From: Leptospiraceae bacterium
Lineage (GTDB): Bacteria; Spirochaetota; Leptospiria; Leptospirales; Leptonemataceae
DNA: 64,000 bases
NCBI GenBank assembly: GCA_040217195.1
Contig: JAVJNR010000004.1
Location: 448,001-512,000 of the forward strand
Direction of reading: 5' to 3'
Under the pieces are notes generated by a model. That model did not search any database. It saw only the letters and a list, made by a program, of their open reading frames with translations, and had not been told where the DNA came from. Positions 58,474 to 64,000 of this stretch are shown piece by piece. The position numbers were made by a program, and so were the translations under genes. Within the stretch, counting starts at the first letter, position 1. Each line of letters opens with the position of its first letter.

Positions 58474-60756
58474 TCAAGGAGTAAAGAAATGGTCGGCTCG
58501 TCCAGGAGTTTCTCCGCCATCATCCATTCTTTCCGGGGAATCCGGAAGATGGGTTTCATCGTGGGGATTCAAAAAGGGTACCGGTGTGTCCGAATCCTCG
58601 GGAACTATTTCTGGTTTTTCCAGTTCCGGCGCATCAGGAAATTGAGCCGTTATTCCTCGATAGGCGGAATTGGCAAATTCAGCCCAGATGGCCCCTGCAG
58701 AGGAAGACCCGCCTCCCTGAAAGGGAACTCCATCGTCATGGCCTACCCAGACCACAGTGACTTCACCGGGAACCATACCCACAAACCAGGCATCCCGGGA
58801 GCCAGGCATTCCTGGATACTTTCGTCTGGTGGACGGAGGGGTTTGAACGGTGCCGGATTTTCCGGCTATAGGAAATGGCAGAAAGTTCTTATCTTTTTTC
58901 TTTCGCTTACCCATCCAGCCTGCGGTTCCGTCTTCAACCTCATCGACCACGGCCTGCATAAGCCATATAGCCGAAGCCGCAGATTCAGAGCTTAGAACGG
59001 ATACCTTTTCCGTTTCTTTGATCACCTCCCATTGAACTGTGCCCTGAGCATCTTCGATTCTGGTGATTAGCCTGGGGCGAATCATGTTTCCCTCATTGAG
59101 AATCATGCCATAAAGTCGAAGCAATTCCATGGGCGTCAGTTCGCCTGTGCCCAGAGCAAGAGAGAGGCCGCCTTCAAAACGGTCCGATGCATCATGATAG
59201 CTTAATTCCAGTGCCTGAGTCAATCGATCTCGAAAGTAGCTTACACCCATCTCATGCAAAGTGGACACGGCCACAGTATTAACAGATAGAGCAACAGCCC
59301 GGCGAAGTGGCATTTCACCCTTGTAATGACCGTACCAGTTGCCCGGTGAATAACCATCATAGTCCAGGCGTCGATCCACGACCTGAGAATCGGGCTTTAG
59401 AATCTCCTTATCCAGAGCCACTGCATACAAAAAACCTTTCAGTGCTGAACCTGGCTGGCGACGCATATCATAGATTCTTTTTGCCTGAGTCCAACCTTCT
59501 TTTACAGCATAGCCCCCTACCATAGAGGTGATTTCGCCGCCGGGAACGGACATGGATATGGTTACTCCATTTATTCCATTGGCCAGCCTGGTTTCCAGAC
59601 CGGCCTTTCGCGCGCTATTCTCAACCTGCTCTCGTATGCCATCCACGGTACTGCGAACCGCCTTCAGCGCCTGCCGTTGTTTCTCTATATCGATTGTAGT
59701 GTATATCTTCAAACCGCCCTGACTGATAATCTCCTCGGGAACGGTTTCATAGAGAAAAGACTTGGCCGCTTCGTTGGCTGCCGGAGCATCGTTTCTGCGA
59801 AAATCCCGGGAGGCTCCGTAAGCACCGATCAGTCCAGAATGGGGATTTTCCTCTTCCAGAGAAAGTTCATATCTCCGGGAGAAGGCCTTCATAGCATCTT
59901 CTCTTTCCTCTGCTGTAATCTCTCCCTGCTCCTGCATTGCATCCAGCACCAGATTTTGCTTTTTCGTGGATAGTACGATGTCATTCAAAGGGCTGTATCG
60001 CACCGGACTGGGAAAAAGACCAACGATCATGGCCGCTTCCGCCGCATCCAATTTCTGGGGTGGCTTACGGAAATAAAACCAGGAGGCCTCTTCCGCTCCC
60101 ACACGACCTTCTCCCATGTAGATACGATTCAAATACAGGCAGAGGATTTCCTCTTTGTTCATCATAGATTCGATCTGAAAAGCTGCAAATGTTTCGTAGA
60201 TCTTTCTATAGAGTGTGGGACTGTGATCGGTAAACAGATTCCTTGCCAGCTGCTGGGTTATGGAACCGCCTCCTTCACGAACGCTGAATGCCAGAATATT
60301 GTTAATCATGGCTCTGGCAATTCCCCGCAAGGATATACCGGAATGATCGTAAAACTCCCGATCTTCTGCGCTTACCACGGCCTTTTTGAGCCAGCCCAGA
60401 TCTGCTTTACAGGATTCCAGGGAAATGCGAGAGCCCCTTACTGGAACAAATTCTCCGATCACTTCTCCATTTCGAGCCAGAATCAGGATGGCCGGCCGGG
60501 GTTTTTCCTGCCCCACTCCCTGCAGCCATTGCTTCTCTCTATCCAGAGCCTGCACCAGACCATCCCGATCGCCCAGGAAATCCACAGCTACGGCGGAAAC
60601 CAGAACCGTAACCAGGGCAACCACCGCAATGCTACCCCACAGAAGAATGGCCTTGAATGGTATTTTGCGCAGCACAGAGGGGGTTCGTTCTTTGATGAGA
60701 AGTAAATAGTTCATAGTTTCCTGATCCAGGTTTTCGCTTGAGTTTCTGACTGGCAA
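58474..60756 (-). CDS. Class A penicillin-binding protein (transglycosylase-transpeptidase)
   Basis: EDREFYDH, GGSITQQLARN, YLNRIY, and transpeptidase motifs SALK, SVN, KSG. Confidence 0.93.
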   Translation of the reverse strand: MPVRNSSENLDQETMNYLLLIKERTPSVLRKIPFKAILLWGSIAVVALVTVLVSAVAVDFLGDRDGLVQALDREKQWLQGVGQEKPRPAILILARNGEVIGEFVPVRGSRISLESCKADLGWLKKAVVSAEDREFYDHSGISLRGIARAMINNILAFSVREGGGSITQQLARNLFTDHSPTLYRKIYETFAAFQIESMMNKEEILCLYLNRIYMGEGRVGAEEASWFYFRKPPQKLDAAEAAMIVGLFPSPVRYSPLNDIVLSTKKQNLVLDAMQEQGEITAEEREDAMKAFSRRYELSLEEENPHSGLIGAYGASRDFRRNDAPAANEAAKSFLYETVPEEIISQGGLKIYTTIDIEKQRQALKAVRSTVDGIREQVENSARKAGLETRLANGINGVTISMSVPGGEITSMVGGYAVKEGWTQAKRIYDMRRQPGSALKGFLYAVALDKEILKPDSQVVDRRLDYDGYSPGNWYGHYKGEMPLRRAVALSVNTVAVSTLHEMGVSYFRDRLTQALELSYHDASDRFEGGLSLALGTGELTPMELLRLYGMILNEGNMIRPRLITRIEDAQGTVQWEVIKETEKVSVLSSESAASAIWLMQAVVDEVEDGTAGWMGKRKKKDKNFLPFPIAGKSGTVQTPPSTRRKYPGMPGSRDAWFVGMVPGEVTVVWVGHDDGVPFQGGGSSSAGAIWAEFANSAYRGITAQFPDAPELEKPEIVPEDSDTPVPFLNPHDETHLPDSPERMDDGGETPGRADHFFTP

Positions 60757-60771
60757 GCAGTCCCTGAGCTC

Positions 60772-61614
60772 ATGCAGGATCCCAGGTCAGCCCATCCTAC
60801 TTTGACGGAAAAGGAGCTGGATGTGATCGAGATATTGAAACTGTCTTTTTCGACTCTGAAGAAATCCTGGGCAATCAGTCTTGGAGTTCCGGCAGTGATC
60901 TCCATTCTATATATTCTGTTTAGCTATTTCCAGATGCTTGAAATCCTGGAAAATCTGGGAAGCCAGCCCGCCAATCCGGAGGATCCCTTTCCCGGACTGG
61001 ATAAAATCTTTCGGCCATTTGATTTAACTGTCTGGCTCAGTTCTCTGGTGATGCTATTTCTGCTGTATCTGAGTATGATTTTTCCCATGCGAGCTGCAGT
61101 GCGTACACTTGAATTGCGCCCTCTAAGCTCCAGCAGCCTTGGCCGCCATGCATTTATTCTATTTATAGCCACCGTGTTGCTATCTGCTGGCTCTTTAATT
61201 GGTCTAGTATTCTGTATTCTACCCGGGATGGCATTTCTTGTGGCTTTTCTTTTTGTACCGGCTGCGATTATTGTGGAGGAATCCGGTGTAGGTCGGGCTT
61301 TCTCCCTGGCATACAGAACTTTTTCCGTGCGAAAATCCAAAGTTCTGGCTCTGGCTCTGCTTTTGATGCTCATTTCCGGTGGCTTCTACTTTATTACAAT
61401 CATTCCTGCGCTCATCTACTACATCTATGGCCTGCTAACTGTCATAGTGAATGGTTCTCCAGATATGCTGCCCGAATTCCTAAGAAATTACGTTCTATTA
61501 ACTCATCTTGGCCTGGTTCTGGCATTACCTCCAAGTGCTGGCCTGGTAGGGCATGCGTTGATCATCGCCTACGCGAACTTCAAGAATTTCGTTCCAGCCG
61601 GTCCCGAATTCTAG
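60772..61614 (+). CDS. Hypothetical integral membrane protein
   Basis: Multiple TMs with GLVFCILPG...IIVEESGVGRAF pattern. Confidence 0.7.
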   Translation: MQDPRSAHPTLTEKELDVIEILKLSFSTLKKSWAISLGVPAVISILYILFSYFQMLEILENLGSQPANPEDPFPGLDKIFRPFDLTVWLSSLVMLFLLYLSMIFPMRAAVRTLELRPLSSSSLGRHAFILFIATVLLSAGSLIGLVFCILPGMAFLVAFLFVPAAIIVEESGVGRAFSLAYRTFSVRKSKVLALALLLMLISGGFYFITIIPALIYYIYGLLTVIVNGSPDMLPEFLRNYVLLTHLGLVLALPPSAGLVGHALIIAYANFKNFVPAGPEF

Positions 61615-61705
61615 GCATTGCTGTACAATCCGATCGCTTTTTTTGATTTTGGTTTATTGTTAATCAATTCCAGGATATCGAATTAGAGAGAAACCTATCT
61701 TCCTG

Positions 61706-62929
61706 ATGAGCCGATTCAGATCAGACCTATTAAGATTACTATCCATGACCATGGTTCTGGCAATCCATGCCACCGGTACATACGAATATAGCTTTATTGC
61801 ATCCCATGATTTTCTTTCTCAGGATTTCCTTGCGGTATTCTTAAATCAGCTGGCACGATTTAGTGTTCCAGTGTTCGTAACCCTGTCCGGCTTTGGTCTT
61901 ACTATGAAGTACGGTCTATTAACTACAAAGAACGGAAAATCCCTGGATCAGATTACCGTCCCCTGGAGTTTTTACGGAGAACGGCTGTACAAGATTGGAC
62001 TTCCTTTTCTGTTCTGGAGCGTACTTTATCTGGCAATTCAGGGATACTTCAAGGGACCCTACAATTGGCAATGGATTATGGACCTGCTTCCCTTTCTGTA
62101 TCGCAAAGGAGCCGATTATCATTTTTATTTCTTTCATATCATATTTGAATGCTACCTGCTTTTTCCCTTGCTGGCCTGGGCCTTCGCCCGATTAAAAAAA
62201 CTTCGCCTGCCTGTTCTACTTCTGTCCTTACTTTTGCAGCTATATGTTAGCTCACCAGCGCATATCTGGTTCGATGACTTCCCCAGAGTTCCATTTGTAT
62301 TTTCAGCTTTCTTCCTCTACTGGCAGTTTCCCTTTATTCTGGGAATTTACTTTGCCTTCCGGAACCTGGAGTCTTCCAGTCCTCAGGAGAAATCGAACAA
62401 AAATGCCGATGGGAATCCGGTAAAGCGCGCTTCGGAAGGGAAATCTGCAACGCTTCTACGAAAGGAAAGTAACCTTGATGGGCCAGTCCTATCTCGCAAA
62501 TCGATTCTCTCATTAACTCTATTATTCTGCCTGGTAACTTTTACCGTGGTGATGATTGAATATATTTTCTGGAGCTACAACAGCCGGAGCCCGGGCGACT
62601 TCAACCATTTCACCCGAATGAGCGTAGTGTTCTATTCCGGGGCTTTCTTTTTGATGTTCTATTTCTGGCCGTCATCTAATGAGAAAACCGAAAAGAAATT
62701 TTATTCAGGATGGGAACGGAATGTATCCTATCTGGCCGGTCTGTCATTCTTCGTATACATCGTACATACCTGGATATTACGAGGCCTGGAACTGATCTTG
62801 CCGCAATGGTTGCTTCCGATTCTACTATTATTGATATCCATCTCTTTTCTCCTGGCTACCTTATTGGACAGAATAGTCAGACCGACTCACCTGCGAACCA
62901 TGCTTGGCCTGGAAAAAAGAAAGGGATAG
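61706..62929 (+). CDS. Acyltransferase family 3 (membrane O-acyltransferase)
   Basis: DLLR....VLAIH, RFSVPVF..LSG, YHFYF, SFFVYIVH. Confidence 0.88.
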   Translation: MSRFRSDLLRLLSMTMVLAIHATGTYEYSFIASHDFLSQDFLAVFLNQLARFSVPVFVTLSGFGLTMKYGLLTTKNGKSLDQITVPWSFYGERLYKIGLPFLFWSVLYLAIQGYFKGPYNWQWIMDLLPFLYRKGADYHFYFFHIIFECYLLFPLLAWAFARLKKLRLPVLLLSLLLQLYVSSPAHIWFDDFPRVPFVFSAFFLYWQFPFILGIYFAFRNLESSSPQEKSNKNADGNPVKRASEGKSATLLRKESNLDGPVLSRKSILSLTLLFCLVTFTVVMIEYIFWSYNSRSPGDFNHFTRMSVVFYSGAFFLMFYFWPSSNEKTEKKFYSGWERNVSYLAGLSFFVYIVHTWILRGLELILPQWLLPILLLLISISFLLATLLDRIVRPTHLRTMLGLEKRKG

Positions 62930-63047
62930 AAATCGGTCCCCTACGATTGCCCGGGAGCTCTCTGGAGGCTGGCTATTTCAGCGAGCCGAGTTATCTGCAT
63001 CCGAATCGGTTGTAGATTCTTCCGATAATTAGGTTAAGCAGAATGGT

Positions 63048-63998
63048 TCAGCTCAGGTAGAATGCATTAATCGCGGAGCAGATTCCAATCTGCAACAGTA
63101 AGGACGGAAGTATGCTTTCACTTCTTTCTCGCACTATTCCGGCCCCGATTCCGAAAATGAATGCCCCCACTCCCTGAAAGACCGAAGCCCAGAGGCCCAG
63201 ACTCTGTTCCATTACAGTAATCAATGCAAGTGGACTGATGGCCAGCATGGCAGCATAAGCGAAGCCGGAAACTAAAACCGGTACAGACAGAAACCATCGA
63301 CCACCGGGCTCCATGATCTCATGGTGCTCCTGTAGCCATCCATGGACGTTCACCCGAAACAGGATTTCCATGGCTGCGGGCAGAAATAGCCCCAGCATTA
63401 ACATGTGGTACAGATCCGGAAAAGGCTCCTCAATTGCCCATACACCTCCGACCAGAGCAGCCAGAACCAGAATTGGAATCAGCAAGAGCCAGTCCCAGCC
63501 CGCAGGCCATCGAAAACCATAAAGGAACGGCTTCTGTCTGCACTGCCAGAAGACAATGAGCAAAATCAATACAGAAAGCACAGGAGCGAATAGTTCACCT
63601 GCCAGCCTGGAGGCCGCTTCCGGTAAATTTGCACCGAACAAAGAAAGGATTTCTCGACCTAGAAATGCAATCAGAGCTCCAATGAACGGAAATAGGCTAC
63701 CGGTAAAAATCCGTCCCAGGCGCTCCGCGGCCGGATCTCTCTTGAATGCATGCTTGCAGATTCGAACAATCTCCGATGGTCTCAGGCCAGTTCCGGTCAT
63801 TCGAGGAGAGCCTCCAATTTCCTGCGAGCCACCCCAGCGGTTTTCCTGGTTTCTACCGGACACTCTGGGATCTTCATGGTTGAGAAATCGATAGACTCTT
63901 TCCATTTCTAGAGGGAAGAAAAGATCCGATTTGCGAATGGTATAAACTCCATCACTCTTCTGTAGTAAAAGAACGGCAGGACGAGTACCATAAACTCG
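63048..63998 (-). CDS. C-terminal part of a larger protein: soluble domain fused to a degenerate CPBP (CAAX/Abi)-like membrane domain (partial)
   Basis: The frame of ORF 63048..63905 stays open to the right edge (RVYGTRPAVLLLQKSDGVYTIRKSDLFFPLE-MERV...). It contains RWGGSQEIGGSPR, then TMs with MEILFR and RERSESILP. Confidence 0.7.
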   Translation of the reverse strand, partial: RVYGTRPAVLLLQKSDGVYTIRKSDLFFPLEMERVYRFLNHEDPRVSGRNQENRWGGSQEIGGSPRMTGTGLRPSEIVRICKHAFKRDPAAERLGRIFTGSLFPFIGALIAFLGREILSLFGANLPEAASRLAGELFAPVLSVLILLIVFWQCRQKPFLYGFRWPAGWDWLLLIPILVLAALVGGVWAIEEPFPDLYHMLMLGLFLPAAMEILFRVNVHGWLQEHHEIMEPGGRWFLSVPVLVSGFAYAAMLAISPLALITVMEQSLGLWASVFQGVGAFIFGIGAGIVRERSESILPSLLLQIGICSAINAFYLS

Positions 63999-64000
63999 AT

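Overview
A gene-dense bacterial chromosome segment of about 50 CDSs. The gene set and protein styles (7TM-DISM sensors, spirochaete-type lipoboxes, an 8-Cys secreted protein, a VWA-TM-FHA protein) suggest a free-living Leptospiraceae spirochaete; this is an inference, as no marker gene is present. Housekeeping genes include a partial RND pump, glnA (with a consensus sigma-54 promoter and a terminator), thiG-mgtE-thiH, gmhA, a ROK kinase, hisC, miaE, a UbiD-family decarboxylase, leuA, hflX and a class A PBP. They are mixed with many signalling genes: a hybrid HK/LuxR pair, EAL, REC-PAS-GGDEF-EAL, PilZ and two class III cyclases. I saw no rRNA, tRNA, CRISPR array or transposase. Two loci stand out. 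(1) At 46081-55793, a tightly coupled minus-strand operon encodes thioredoxin-TPR, an NTT/TLC-like transporter-HEAT-cNMP fusion, a HAMP receptor with a propeller-like insert, a stand-alone degenerate cNMP-binding protein, a HAMP receptor with a PP2C-like tail missing its catalytic residues, and a Cache-HAMP adenylate cyclase. This is a candidate undescribed cAMP-coupled sensing/transport system. (2) At 43695-45912, an animal-like NNMT/PNMT/INMT N-methyltransferase overlaps an Orn/Lys/Arg decarboxylase, a candidate two-step N-methyl-amine pathway. All family calls come from reading motifs by eye; no searches were run.
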